A stretch of 64,000 nucleotides of DNA from NCBI RefSeq assembly GCF_009914755.1, contig NC_060929.1; one strand, 5' to 3'. The notes under the pieces are model-generated. The model saw only the letters and a list, made by a program, of their open reading frames with translations, made no database searches and had not been told where the DNA came from. Of this stretch, positions 28,191-41,926 are shown piece by piece. This stretch comes from the human T2T-CHM13v2.0 reference genome, Homo sapiens. A program made the position numbers and the translations under genes. Position 1 is the first letter of the stretch. The number at the start of each line of letters is the position of its first letter.

Positions 28191-28339
28191 GCCAGCCAGT
28201 ACAGGGCATCTCGCCACTGCTTCTACTTCAGCCTGTGTGGACAAAGTATATGCAGCTGGCTGGATGCAATAGACATTGGAGCCCTTGTCACAGAAGCTTA
28301 GATTTTTCCCCTAACAAAGAGACCTCATGATATAGTGAC

Positions 28340-28640
28340 TTATGGAAGTTTATTTCTTCTTCATGTAGCTTCAGGGACTCCTCTGCTCCACACAGTCACT
28401 TGGGAATCCAAGGTTCCTTCCACCTGTCCCATGTTCATGTATATGTGCATTGTTTTAAGGGTTAGGCCAGAAGTGGGAAATTGCCTCTCACCTTCCATTG
28501 GCAACCTAGGCATATGGCCACACCTAACTGTAGGGATGCCTGAAAACAGAGGCATTACCCCAGGTCCCCCAGCTAGGGACTCATTACTGTGGAGGAAGGA
28601 AAGAACTGGTGTTGGTGGACAGCTATGCTTCTCCAGCACA
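28340..28640 (-). mobile_element. Old MaLR LTR (MLT1J/K-like)
   Basis: ctctgctccacacagtcact...ggccagaagtg...ccattggc...atggccacacctaactg. Confidence 0.55.
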
Positions 28641-28972
28641 ATTGGTCTCACCAACAGGACTGGAAATAGTCTAAGTTCATTACGACTCCCCATCCCGACT
28701 TCAGAGAAAGTCTCACCATTGGGCCTTATGGCCAGAAATCACTGAAGTTCATTGGCTGGGCCTCACCTTTCCTGTCAGCCCTTAAGTGGATTTGGCCAAA
28801 TTTTGCTTCTCTAGTACTCTTCTTTTCTAGGATTTGAGAATGTACCCTTCCCCACCCCCACTCTCCTTGGGCTCATCAAATTTGTGTTATTACAATCAAA
28901 TTTTGCTAGCTTGGGAGCAAAGGTGACTTTGTCATTAAGGTTAAATATAGCCATTTAGAGCAGAGACATGGA

Positions 28973-29020
28973 TGTGTGTATGTGTGTGTGTATGTGTGTG
29001 TGTGTGTGCGTGTGTGTGTG
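28973..29020. repeat. Imperfect (TG)n microsatellite
   Basis: Read directly from the sequence. Confidence 0.95.
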
Positions 29021-30560
29021 GAGATGGGAGGATGATGTCCCCAGTATGTCATGGTCCTCAGGAATTGTGTGTGAGGACAAAGGTAAATGAGTGACAGTGA
29101 GCTTTTTCTGGCCCAGGAAAGGTTGGTGAGAGGTGGAGCGTGAAGGATCCTATGCAAGCTGTATCCACAGGAAAGGCCAATCAGAAGAGGACCTGCTGCA
29201 CCCAAGATGGGGATTGTGGGGGACAAAAGGAAGAAGGAGACCTGAAACAGGCTGTGGGTATTGTAGAAATTCTAAAGTTGGAAGTTTGGGGCCTGGGAAT
29301 CGAAGATGTTTCATTTTGTCCTTACAAAAACATCAGGGCGATGTGGCAGGAAGAACAAGAGGAGGGAGCTGGAAGGAAATGCATGATTTTCACTGCATGC
29401 CTTACTCCCCTTATACAATCCAGAACCACCTAAGTCATTAACTTGAAGCACCCAAGTGTCTGCTGATGAGCAGTTTGGTTACAAGGCAAGATGACAAGTT
29501 TAACAGAAGTGGCCATGGGATGTAAGTACAGTGATGGTGCCCTGGAGGATACTCGGAAGGCACCTCACCTCGACCCAGCATTGCCCAGAGCACCCTGTCA
29601 CCTGCTGCTTGCTTAGTCTCTGGGGACTCCCTCCACCTTCAGAGCCCACTGGTGCTGATCGTGCCTGGGGTTCCTGATTTGGAATGTTCTGTAGGACTGA
29701 GAAGTTGCTGCTGAAAGGGAAAGCATTGGTTTCTGGGTTTGGGAACTTCTATCCAGTTTAATGAGTGTCTTCTTCACTGATGCACTACTTGCTTCTAAAA
29801 TTTCCTTATAAACCATGCATATCATGCTTAACTCACCCTTGGCTCTATTCAAACACTTTTGTGTGTGTGTGTGCAAGTCACAAGGTCTGTTCTTTTCAGT
29901 TATGGCCTCGCTTCTCCCCACTTTCCCTTGGTTTCTAAAGTCTGACCATTCAAGAGGTCAAAGACCTCATTTGTCATGCCAAGATTTGTGTTTGTGCTCT
30001 TGGCAGAATGTGTTGCTAACCTTTGAATACTATGTCTCTGAAGGAAAAGGATGTGCTTTAGTGACACACTTTATGGTAGGAACTTCGCTAGCAGTGGTAG
30101 AAACAACATTGGCAGTCCACCTGCCCAAATCTATGGTTTGGACACACACTCCTTTGCCAAGCTATAGGGATGCATAGATGTTCTGCTCCCTGCCAGGCAA
30201 GGATGCAACGGCACCCTGGTCCCCACATTCCAGGCCCTCAATGGGCACCCCTACTTGACTCATTGCTCTTTCCACCATCTCCCTTCCCCAGACTGCTGCA
30301 AAACCACTGCCTTCCCCCATTTCCAAAGGAAGGGGTGGTTGTTCGAGCTCTGGCCTGGCCACCCAAAGACAGTGCCAAAGAAAGTGCCTGAACCTCCTTT
30401 TCAGTCACGCTGCTTCCATGTGACTCAACTCTAAAGAGACTAGACTCAGCCCTCTGAGCCCTAGTGGGCTTATTTAGCTAAAATGAGCTTTAATTGAAGA
30501 ATCATTTGTGTGTTGATTATGGTTGCAGGACAGAGAGGCCTCAACTACTTTTCCTTTTAG

Positions 30561-30918
<358 letters not shown>

Positions 30919-31147
30919 CATTTTTTTTTTCCAAATAAAAATTGCTTTAGTTTTTTCCTGATTATTTAAGTAATATGAGCTTATTGTAAAGAATTCAGAA
31001 ACTAGAGGAAGGTATAAAGAAGAGCGTTAATCACCATTCACAGTTTCAGGTCAAACCTTCTATGCTTTCCCTGTGCATGCAAATACATTTATACTTTTTG
31101 CAAAAAGTTGAGTGCACTATTCATGATGTTTTGTAAGCCTTTGATCC

Positions 31148-31712
31148 ATTATCTATTGCCACACAAAACCAACCTAAAATGTAGAGCTATCAGATAGCAA
31201 CCATTTTATTATATCACATGAATTTTGTGGTTGAGAAGTTCGACAGGGCACAGTGGCTTTCCTTTGCCCCACGAAGTCTGTGACCTCATCTGGGAAAACT
31301 CAAATGGCCAGGGATGACTGGAGCATCTAGGATCTGGAAATTTCTGAAGACTTATTTCTTCACTTTCATGGCTGGCACCTGGGTTGAGTAAATTGGAATT
31401 CTGAGCTCACTGGGTTTGTTGACTGGAGTACCTGCATGTAATATCTCCATGTGGCTTGGACTTACAACATGGTGGCCTCAGGACAGTTGGACTTCTTATA
31501 TGGTGGCTCAAGGCTCTAAGAGTGAGTGTTCTACCTAGTGAATAAGGTAGAGGTTGGGTAGCCTTAGGCTTGGAAGACATATAGTGTCACTTCTCTTACT
31601 ACATTGGTCCAAGCAGTAGGAAGCCCACCCAGATTCATGGGGAGGGGGCAAGATCCCACTCTCTAAGAGAGGAGTACCAAAGGACTTTCAACTGTGTTTT
31701 AAAACTCTGACA
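31148..31712 (-). mobile_element. MLT1F/G/H-like LTR
   Basis: ccattttattatatcacatg...ctccatgtggcttgg...acaacatggtggcctcagg...cccagattcatggggagggg. Confidence 0.7.
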
Positions 31713-31746
31713 ACCTTTTATTTTTTTATATATATAACATGGACAG

Positions 31747-32208
31747 TGTACTGGGTTGAGTTGTGTCCCCTGCAGAAATGTGTCCAAGTCCTAACACTCA
31801 GTACGTGTAAACGTGACTTTACTTAAAAACAGGGCCTTTGCCAATGAAAACAACTTAAGATGAGGGTATACTGGAATAGGGTGGGCCCTAATCTAATGAC
31901 TGGTGTCCTTATAAGAAGAGGGAAATTTGGACACAGATGCACTGGGAGAGCACCAAGTGATGAGGAAGGTGAACATTAGAGTCACACATCTACAAGGCAA
32001 GAGACACTAAGGATTGCTGGCAACACCAGAAGGTAGGCAGAGCCAAGGAGGACCCTCCCTTAGAGTCTTCAGAGGAAGCGTGCCCCTGCTGACTGCTTAA
32101 TTTTAGACTTTTAGCCTCCAAAACTATAACAGTATGTATATCTGTTGTTTTCAGCTGCCTTAAGTTTGTGGCAAGTACTTTGTTAAGGCAGCCCCAGGAG
32201 GCAAACAC
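31747..32208 (+). mobile_element. MLT1B/C solo LTR
   Basis: tgtactgggttgagttgtgtcccc...taatgactggtgtccttataagaagagg...tttgttaaggcagccccagga. Confidence 0.85.
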
Positions 32209-33774
32209 GGTTTTCCATATTTGCCTAGGTCTGCACCATCATTTCATAAGTGCACAGTATCCATTGAATGCTTAACATCATGTATTTAATCAATCTTAAA
32301 TAGGCCTAAGACACGTAACCCAATAATTAGCATGAGCTTATATTCTATGCAATTAAGTACATGGCTCATAATCTCTCTCATAGACTTCCTTTGTTTCCTC
32401 CACAGAGCCTAGCACAGTTATGGAGTTAGCTTCAGCAAAGATCAAGTAACTTGTCACCACCAGCCAGAGTATCAGAACATACAAAGACTGATCCCCTATA
32501 GCTCCTAAGCATTAAATTAAAGGATTCCAAATATTAAGGATATTAAGGATTTTAAGAGAGTCTTGGCTCTTCTGGAAACCTGGTTGGTTAGGTAACAAAG
32601 AACAGTTAAAAACTTCAGTCTGAAAGAGCGATTCAGTAAGGCTTTAAGTATTTTTAAATGAAAGTGATTATAGTACAAAAAGGTTAAAATCCATTGTTCT
32701 TTACAGATGTAATGCTTCCAGTTCTCCAGCCACAAAAGAAGTATTGAACACTCAAGCCTCTTGCCAAGTGTTAAGAAATGAGTCAGAAATGTAATGCTGG
32801 CAGACGACCATGGAAACATACTCTATGCCTTATAGGCCTTGCACCCCTTGGTCCCTTTCTGCTGTCCCTTTATGATTTCTGGATTGGAGGAGGCCTCCTG
32901 TGTTTTTTTTTTCTCAAGTTCAGTTTTCTGTTTTCTTTCCTTGGCCCCATTTGTGACTTCCTCTACGCAGAAGGGCAGACATGGGCACATGGGGAAAGGA
33001 GCCAGGGCACCCCTCCCAGTCTCTCGGGAGGGGAAAGGAGCAGCAGGCGAGGCTGTCCACTCTGTAAATTACGAGGCTGCAAGCCTTCCAGGCTTGTTGG
33101 GTTTTTTTCTTCTATAGTCCATGAATCTTCTAAAAAAGTCCCCGTAGGAAGAATAAAGCCTGTTCTAATTCTAAGACGCTTGGCAGTGCTTTTGCCATTT
33201 TCAAGGGATCTTTACCTGCTCTGGACACAACTGTCTAGAGACTATTTGGATTGTGGTAAGAATTGCTCTCTGAAGTCTTCGTTCCAATTTCATTACAGAG
33301 ATCCCAAGAAAACTGTGCTCCACGAATAGGGGCTCATTGAGGACTGACGGATTGGAATGACTTGAGATCTTCACATTTTCCAAATACTTGGGAGGTGGTG
33401 TCCTTGGGAAACGCCCTTGCAAGAATTTCCCCTTTTCTCTTGGTGTGAATGGAAAGGTATTTCCTACCTGGATGGAGAATTCTTTCTGCCACTCCCTGAG
33501 CTGGGTTCTGTGCCTGGAAGGGCAGGGCTTTTCCCTGGACTCATGATTATGTATGGTCTCAGCAGGCTGGAGGTACTCCATGAAGACTGCATGTGTGTTA
33601 GGGTGTCTGAAGGTGCAGGGGTTTCGGGGGAGACTGTGTGTGCTGCACAATGGCCATTTCTGTTCCCCTGTAAATGATAGTGAATTTTTTGTGGCACCCC
33701 CTACCATGTATCAGTTCTATGATCAACCAGAAAACAAACCTGGCTGGAGGGAAGGATACTGTTGCAATCACTGT

Positions 33775-34250
33775 TAGTGCTTCCCCAAGATCTTGTTATT
33801 AGAACTCTGATTTTTTTATTTTTTAAATTGGTGGGGCCACCTGCTCAGCCCTAGATGATTGATTTACTCATGGTGCCAGCCTCCTTTTCACCTAGAGGTG
33901 ACCACATGACTGTTCTGGCCATTGAGAACTAAGTGGAGTTTTCCTGGGGTCTGGGAAAAGGCTTGTACTTTGTCTAATATAAATGGAATATGAGGCTAGC
34001 AAAGCTCTATCCTTTTCTGTCTTTTAACTGCTTGGAACATAGACTTGACGTCTGGAGCTATAAGCAGCCATTTTGTGACAGCAGGGATAAAATGGCCAAG
34101 GGAATGGTCTGTAAACAAGCATGAATAAAGAGCTGAGAGAGTCCCACCATCACTGGCTCTGAGGTCATGGGGCACCCGAATCAATGGCAATTAACTGCCT
34201 AACTCCTTACTTCTTGCTGTTTAAGTTACTCTTGACTCATAATCACCACA
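33775..34250 (+). mobile_element. Old ERVL/MaLR LTR (LTR16-like)
   Basis: ggtgaccacatgactgttctggccattgaga...ctggagctataagcagccattttgtgac. Confidence 0.5.
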
Positions 34251-34462
34251 CAGTCAAATGCACACTTCTCAAATTTTATACCAAATTTTATACCAAAGTA
34301 TGCCAAATACTAGAGGTGTAGTGACCTGCAGCCTCGGGCATAGCTCAAATTGATATTCTACCAGCAAGAAATGGCCTCATATTTTATCTGAGACACATAT
34401 ATAAATGTTGCGTTCTATTTCATAATATGTTGATGCTTATGTTAATTTATTAAAATATTTAA

Positions 34463-35242
<780 letters not shown>

Positions 35243-35584
35243 TCAAATTGCATGTTCTGGGAAGAGGCAGTTTGCTTTTTCCTGGGGCTTTGAGTATCCC
35301 CTGATGCATTGCCCATCCTCTCAGGGGTACAAATACCATGATTTGAGAAATCAGAATACAAGAAGTAGCAGAGATGAAGATAAAGAGGTAGGTAGAGCTG
35401 GGATCATGAGGGCTGTGGGGTGTCAGGCTAAGGGATTTGGATTAAATTCCTTTAGAAATGGGACACCCCACAGAAGACACATCAGGAAGATTCTGAAAAG
35501 CCACACTTCAGGAAGAGTAGTGTGGCAGTAGGCCTGGGACTGAGCAAGACTAGACACAGGAAAAGCAGGTAAGAGATATTGTAG

Positions 35585-36390
35585 TGCATCTGGTAGACTC
35601 AGTGCAGCTGTAAGTGACAGGCAAAATAGCAGCTTAAACAAAATAGATTTTTATTATTTACTTAAGAGTTAAGGAGTAGCTCGGAAGTCAGCAGTCCAGT
35701 GCAGGAAAGGTGGCCCATATCCACTTAGCATTATCCTGTTACCAATGGCTACACAGCAGACCACCCACATTCAGAAGCTGAAAGCAATTGCAATCATTTT
35801 CCCATGAATCTACAATGTAGGCAGGGCACAGTGGGAGCAACTCATCTCTGCTCCCTATGGCATCAGCTTAAGTGGCCCAAAGGCTGCTGAGAACTCGACC
35901 AGACAACTGGTGTGTGGAATTACCTACAGGCTTGACTACTTGCACACCTGATGGTGAATGCTGGCTGTCACCTGGGACCTCACAAGGCTGTGATTGGAAA
36001 TATGTCTGGGCAGCTGCTCCATGAGGCTGCCCTACTTCCTCACAGCATAGTGGCTGGGCGCTAAGAGGAGAATCTCAAGAAGTAGGAAGCAGAAGCTGCC
36101 CATTTCTTAACACTTAGATCCCGGAGTGGGCAAAGCATCACATTTGGCCAAGTAATCACAGTGCCTATATTCAGGGGTTGGCAAAGACCCCAGCTCCCAA
36201 AGGTAGGACCACTGAACATGCATGTCATTAGTCAGAACCAGTGTCAGAATCACTATTATTGGCAAGGGAGGCTAGAAAATGTAACCTTTACTCTGGAGGG
36301 GGATTCTATGCCCAGTTAAAAATGAGACATTTATTACTATGGAAAAAAGGAGAAAATGGTTATTAGGGACAGTTAGCAGTCTTTGCTGCT
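35585..36390 (-). mobile_element. Nested old MaLR LTRs (MLT1F-like ~35730-36210 inside MLT1J-like)
   Basis: gcagcttaaacaaaatag...; gggcacagtgggagcaactcatctctgctcc...gctggctgtcacctgggacctc; gcaagggaggctagaaaatgta. Confidence 0.6.
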
Positions 36391-37040
36391 GACAGCAAAC
36401 CACAAGTGACTTGAACACAGGAACTCGGGTGGCACGTATGGTAATGGAAAGGAAGGGGGTGTGAGAGATGCTAAGGAACGAGAACCAGCAGGCTCTGAGA
36501 TGACTTGGGCTGCCATGTTTGGGGATGTGTGTAGGGGCGGGTAAGGGTGTACATGTATGAAGGGCTGGAACCACCAGGGCTGTCTAGAGACTACCAGCGA
36601 GATGCAGAGCCAACAACTTGCATTTCCAAGGTTAGTCTGATACCAGATGAAATTTTTAGACATTCATCAAGACTAAGATGACCAAGAATTACCCTTCCAG
36701 AGCTCTAGGCCAGATTCCAAAGCATCTTGATCTTAAGTACAGCAGATCCTAGTTTTCAAAACCTGCCACAGCAGTGTTTTTGGTCCAATCTACTCTTGTT
36801 GCACCTTGCCACTTCCTGTCAACCTTCTGACTGTGTGAGGAATAGAATGTGGAGGAACAGATGCTACATGACTTCTGAGACTGGGTCAGAAAGGTGTTCT
36901 GGCTTCCACTTGGCTCTGGTTGTACAGGGACATGTGCCTTGGGAGTCCTGACGTATCTTGGGAGGAGTCCAGCTACCCCAAAGCCACCACGCCGGAGAGA
37001 AAGAGATGCCCAAGGAGCCCCAGCATTTGAGTCTTCCTAG

Positions 37041-37898
37041 TGAAGGAGTTAAGAACATGCCACCCCAAAATATGCCAGTTCAGAATAAGAATTATTTTGA
37101 GCTGAAGGCAGTTGAGAAACAACAGATGTGCCTCCCCACTGCTTTTTTTTTTTTTTTTTTTTTTGAGACACAGTCTTGCTCTGTCACCCAGGCTAAAGTG
37201 CAGTGGCATGATCTCAGCTCACTGCAACCTCTGCCTCCTGGTTCAAGTGATTCTCCTGCCTCAGCCTCCCGAGTAGCTGAGATTACAGGTGCTCACCACC
37301 ACGCCTGGCTAACTTTTGTATTTTTAGTAGAGACGACTACTCTTGGTCAGGCTGGTCTCAAACTCCTGACCTCGTGATCTGCCCGCCTCGGCCTCCCAAA
37401 GTGTTGGGATTACAGGCATGAGCAACCACATCCTGCAGACCCCCCTTTTTTTAAACCTAAAGCAGGACATACAATTTTCCATGAGAAAGATACTAGCCCC
37501 ACCCCACCATACCAGGAGAGAACACCCTTCTCACCAAAGCCTGGAAATCAACAAATCTGTACAGATAAGCTTACTAAAGAAACCCTTGTCTGCCATTAGT
37601 TTTACATCCTTCACCCCCATGTAACCCCTAGTGGCTTCCCCTCAGTTTCCTGCCACTAGTCCAGACCCTTTGTCTTCTTATTTCTTCATAAACTTATCAT
37701 TTCTTTGTCTAAAAGGCATACAAGCATTCTACTTTGGCCATTTCTCTGAGTCTCTACACTCTTTTGAAGACAGTAAGTATACACATGCAAAAATTATCAA
37801 AACATATATGCTTTGCTCCTATTAATCTATCTTATGTCAGTTTATTAGATCGACCCAAGGATCCCACAGGGGTAGAGGAGAGCTTATTCTCTCCCCAG
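37041..37898 (+). mobile_element. ERV1 LTR (MER34/MER39/MER92-like)
   Basis: Starts TGAAGGAGTTAAGAACATGCCACCCCAAAATATGCC...ttattttgagctgaaggca; ends ...ttaatctatcttatgtcagttt...tctctcccca. Confidence 0.7.
37143..37432 (-). mobile_element. AluS inside the ERV1 LTR
   Basis: Alu dimer. Confidence 0.92.
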
Positions 37899-38433
37899 CC
37901 ATAGCCACGGTGCCAGACATCTGAGTGAGTGAGCCTTCATGTGTGATTCCAGCCCTCAGCTTTTGAGTCTTCCAGCTGAGGCCCCAGACAAGCCATCCCT
38001 GGAGCCGTATGTGTAATTCCTGACCCACGGAATCCATGAGCATAATAAATGGTTCTTTTATGCCACTAAGTTTTGGGTGACAAGTTATACAACCACAGTA
38101 ATGAGAGTAGCAAGGAACCCAAGGCTATGGTACGTGGCAGGTCTCCCCAAGGCTTAGAGACCTATGGATGCAGTGGTTTGGATCCTTTTCAGCAGAGCAA
38201 CCAATGGGAATGAAGCACCTGGGGAGTTTTATGCATCTTAATCCCAATCTGAAGTACATAGTTGGGTTGATCGCAGGGCATCTCCACCCACTGTGACCCA
38301 CAGCCTTTGCCCTAACGGCACTGGTGGGGACTAAGGACAGAATGTCTTACTCTGAATCTTCATGGTGTCAACGTTTCTTATGTGCACCCCTCCCTTCCTC
38401 ATTCTCCTGTCCTCACCCACTTTATTACAGTAG

Positions 38434-38879
<446 letters not shown>

Positions 38880-40835
38880 TAAGTAGCTGTGGGTTGTTCT
38901 AAGTGAGGACTGGATTTTGAGCTGAAGTTCAAACTTTCAAAACTCTAATTCCATCAGTTTTTAGCCATGACACCTTGGCAAGTCATTTATCCTCTCTCAA
39001 AGCATTTACTATCAATGAAATGGGAGATGAGAAAACCCATGTCACAGGAATATGTCATAGGAGTATGGAGGATGAGGAACATAGATGTTTCATAAATACA
39101 TATCAAAATATCACCTCTGGCCCACTCCCCGCCCCCCTCCCCTCCTCCCACCTCAACTGCTCCAGCAGCTATTAGGAGAAAATATCAGAAGGGATGAATT
39201 CTGGAAAGTACAAATTAAAGCCAGGTCAGGGGAGACTGAGCAGAATCCTAGGTCTACGGCTTTTGCTTTTGGTAAGGGCTTACTTTAATTGAGGAGAAAA
39301 TTGAAGCCCAGAGAGAGTTTACGCAACTTGCCCACAGTCACATAGCTGGTTTATGGCAGAGCGAGGATTAGTTTGTCAGTCTCTGTGCTCTTCCAGCCAC
39401 ATGAAGATGAACAATGTAACTCAGGAAGAGGGACGCTAGAGGCTAAAGCAGATGTAGGGAAGGGGTGGGGTCCAGCATACGCTGAGGTTTGGCCTTCCCC
39501 AGGCATGTGCAAACAGAGAGTGGCTGAAGCTCTGGAAAGGACACCAGGAAAGCCACCAGAGTTCCTCACAGTTGTTTCCTTCCACCCAGTTCTGGGTTGT
39601 GTGTGCAGAAATGGAGGAAGTGGCTATAACACCACATGGCGGTGGTGGGAATGCCCAAGAATCGGGAGGGTCCACAGTGTGAAGAAGTAAACTAAGTCAG
39701 ATCCAAGCCTGACTCAAAGCAAGAAGAATTCTGCAGATCTGCAAGTTAGGTTGCTCATTATTACACAAAAATGCCCAGTTTGCTCCCAGACTGGCCAGGC
39801 CCCACCTCCTTCTCATCTGCAATTATAGCTCTTCAAGGTGGGGGGCTTGTCCTATAGCTGTGGAAGATTCCAGGCAAATCAATGCACTATCTCTGGATGT
39901 CAGGTGAGCTCCATGAACACAACTCTTCAGCCTTGGCCCATTAATCAGATCTGATGACTTAATTTACTTTGAAAATGAACGTGCCACTTACAACGTGATC
40001 CATCACAAACATTTCTACTTCCCAAATCCCAGGGGAATTACCTCTGGCGAACAGAGAAGAATTAAACCTTTTGCTAAACAAAGGCATTCTCCCTTTGTGT
40101 GACCAGAGACAGGAGATAGAATCTGAATGTGCTTTTACCATCTTCTGTGCTGGAGATGCCAACTGTTTTCCCCCGTCCCCAACACACCTGCCCCTCACAG
40201 CCCTTCAGCAGAGGCCCTGTGGCCTTAGTGGCTCTGCCTCCAAGGAAGCCTGGGGTCAGCCCATGACGAGTCCAGCTACGTACTTGGGAATAGGCAGGCA
40301 CCATCAGTTAATTAAAGGTCATGAAGACAGAGGAGCAGAAGCTGCCTTTGTGGGGAGCTGAACTTCTCTCCTGACAGCCCAGAATCAATTAGTTGTACAG
40401 CAGCAGTGAGAGGTCCCCCTGCCCCAGGGAGAGATGGTGACAGAGAGACAATAGGTGAGCTGGTTTCACATGCTTTCTTGTTGTCTGCATGAGGCCAGCT
40501 GTACCTCCTGCTCTGGTCTTGCGAGATGACCCCGGATCCTTAGGATAAACTTCCCTTCACTTCTGTGAGCCTAAGGGATTTCTATCTCTTACAACCACTT
40601 TTCTTGATTAAGATACACACTGGACTCAATCCTAGGTGGTGGGGAGATGCAGGAATGTAGAACAACAAGGAGCTGCTTCATCCTTTTGAAATAACCTCCC
40701 ATGTATTTTGTTCCCTCATACTTACACCTACACTTATTGGATAGTTTAAGCACTGAAGTATTGGCTAATTAGTCAAAGTTTGTTCATCTTTCCTAACTAG
40801 GCTGAAAACACCCTGATGTCAAGAACCATCCCATA

Positions 40836-41138
40836 GGCTGGGTGTGGTAGCGTATGCCTGCAATCCCAACACTTTGGGAGGCTGAGGTGGCAGGATCACT
40901 TGAGCCCAGGAGTTTCTAGACCAGCCTGGGCAACATGGCGAAACCCAGTCTCTACAAAAAAATACAAAAAGTTAGCTGGACATAGTAGCACACACCTATA
41001 GTTATAGCTACTAAGGAGGCTGAGGCAGGAGGATTGCTTGAGCCTAGGAGGTCAAGGCTGCAGTGAGCCAAGATTGCACCACTGCCCTCTAGCCTGGGTG
41101 AGAGAGCCAGACCCTGTTAAAAAAAAAAAGAAAAAAAA
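40836..41138 (+). mobile_element. AluJ
   Basis: ggaggattgcttgagcctaggaggtcaaggctgcagtgag (J-type). Confidence 0.92.
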
Positions 41139-41851
41139 GTAATAATGAGAACCACATCATATATATTTTCTGTAACCCCTAACAGTGCCAGATATATTTT
41201 AGCCAATAATTATATTAACTTTTTTGGTTAAATGGAAAAGGATGTAAATATAGAATCATGAGCCAACATGTTGATTTAATAAATGCAAATTTCATTTATG
41301 ACCTCCTTCATCCATCTATTTACAGAGTCACTGGTTCACTTGCAGTTGGAGAGAAGCTAGAACAGTTCGAGCTTTTTGTACTCACCCAAATGTAAGGGGA
41401 TGTGAGAGTCTAGTAAACAGGAATACAGACAGAAGTACACATGTGAGGCTTTTAGGAGTAAAGTCAACAGCATTCAGTGACTAGAATTATCATAGATTGG
41501 AAAGAGAAGCTCATCAAAGATGGGAACAAATTTTAGAAGGTTCCCAAGAGGTTAGGCATAGCAAGGTCCACAGGAGGGTGGGGCTGGCCTTAGGAATATT
41601 GCAAAGTGCATTTTCCTCCTTCTCAAGTTCTCAAGAAACTTTTTCTCTTGAAAAATAAACAATAGTTTCTAAATATAGGAGTTGAACCAAAAATATATAT
41701 TTTTCTTGGGTACAATATATGCAATGTATGTTTTTGCATTTGTCTGTTGTACCCAATAGTTGCCTATCTGTAATTTTTTTTTTAAGTACTGACACATTTA
41801 ATATGTCCATACAGTCTGGCTTAGGTTACACTGGCTGAAGTGCATTAGAGG

Positions 41852-41926
41852 GTGTGTGTGTGCATGTGTGTGTGTGTCAGAAAGAGAGAGAGAGAGACAG
41901 AGAGAGAGAAAGAGCAAGAGAGAGAG
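41852..41926. repeat. (TG)n followed by (GA)n simple repeat
   Basis: Read directly from the sequence. Confidence 0.9.

Larger units (their letters stand above)
36790..38110 (+). mobile_element. MLT1G/H-like LTR split by an ERV1 LTR
   Basis: aatagaatgtgg...atgacttctgagactgggtca and gtcttccagctgaggccccagaca...gaatccatgagcataataaatggtt...gccactaagttttggg. Confidence 0.7.

Noticed and set aside
32778-33707. 183-aa and 168-aa ORFs in unique sequence
   Set aside because: No recognisable domain or coding-like composition. A lncRNA exon cannot be excluded without transcript data.
34270-34300. caaattttatac x2 and similar micro-repeats (17651-17683, 62719-62743)
   Set aside because: Ordinary slippage duplications with no motif content of note.
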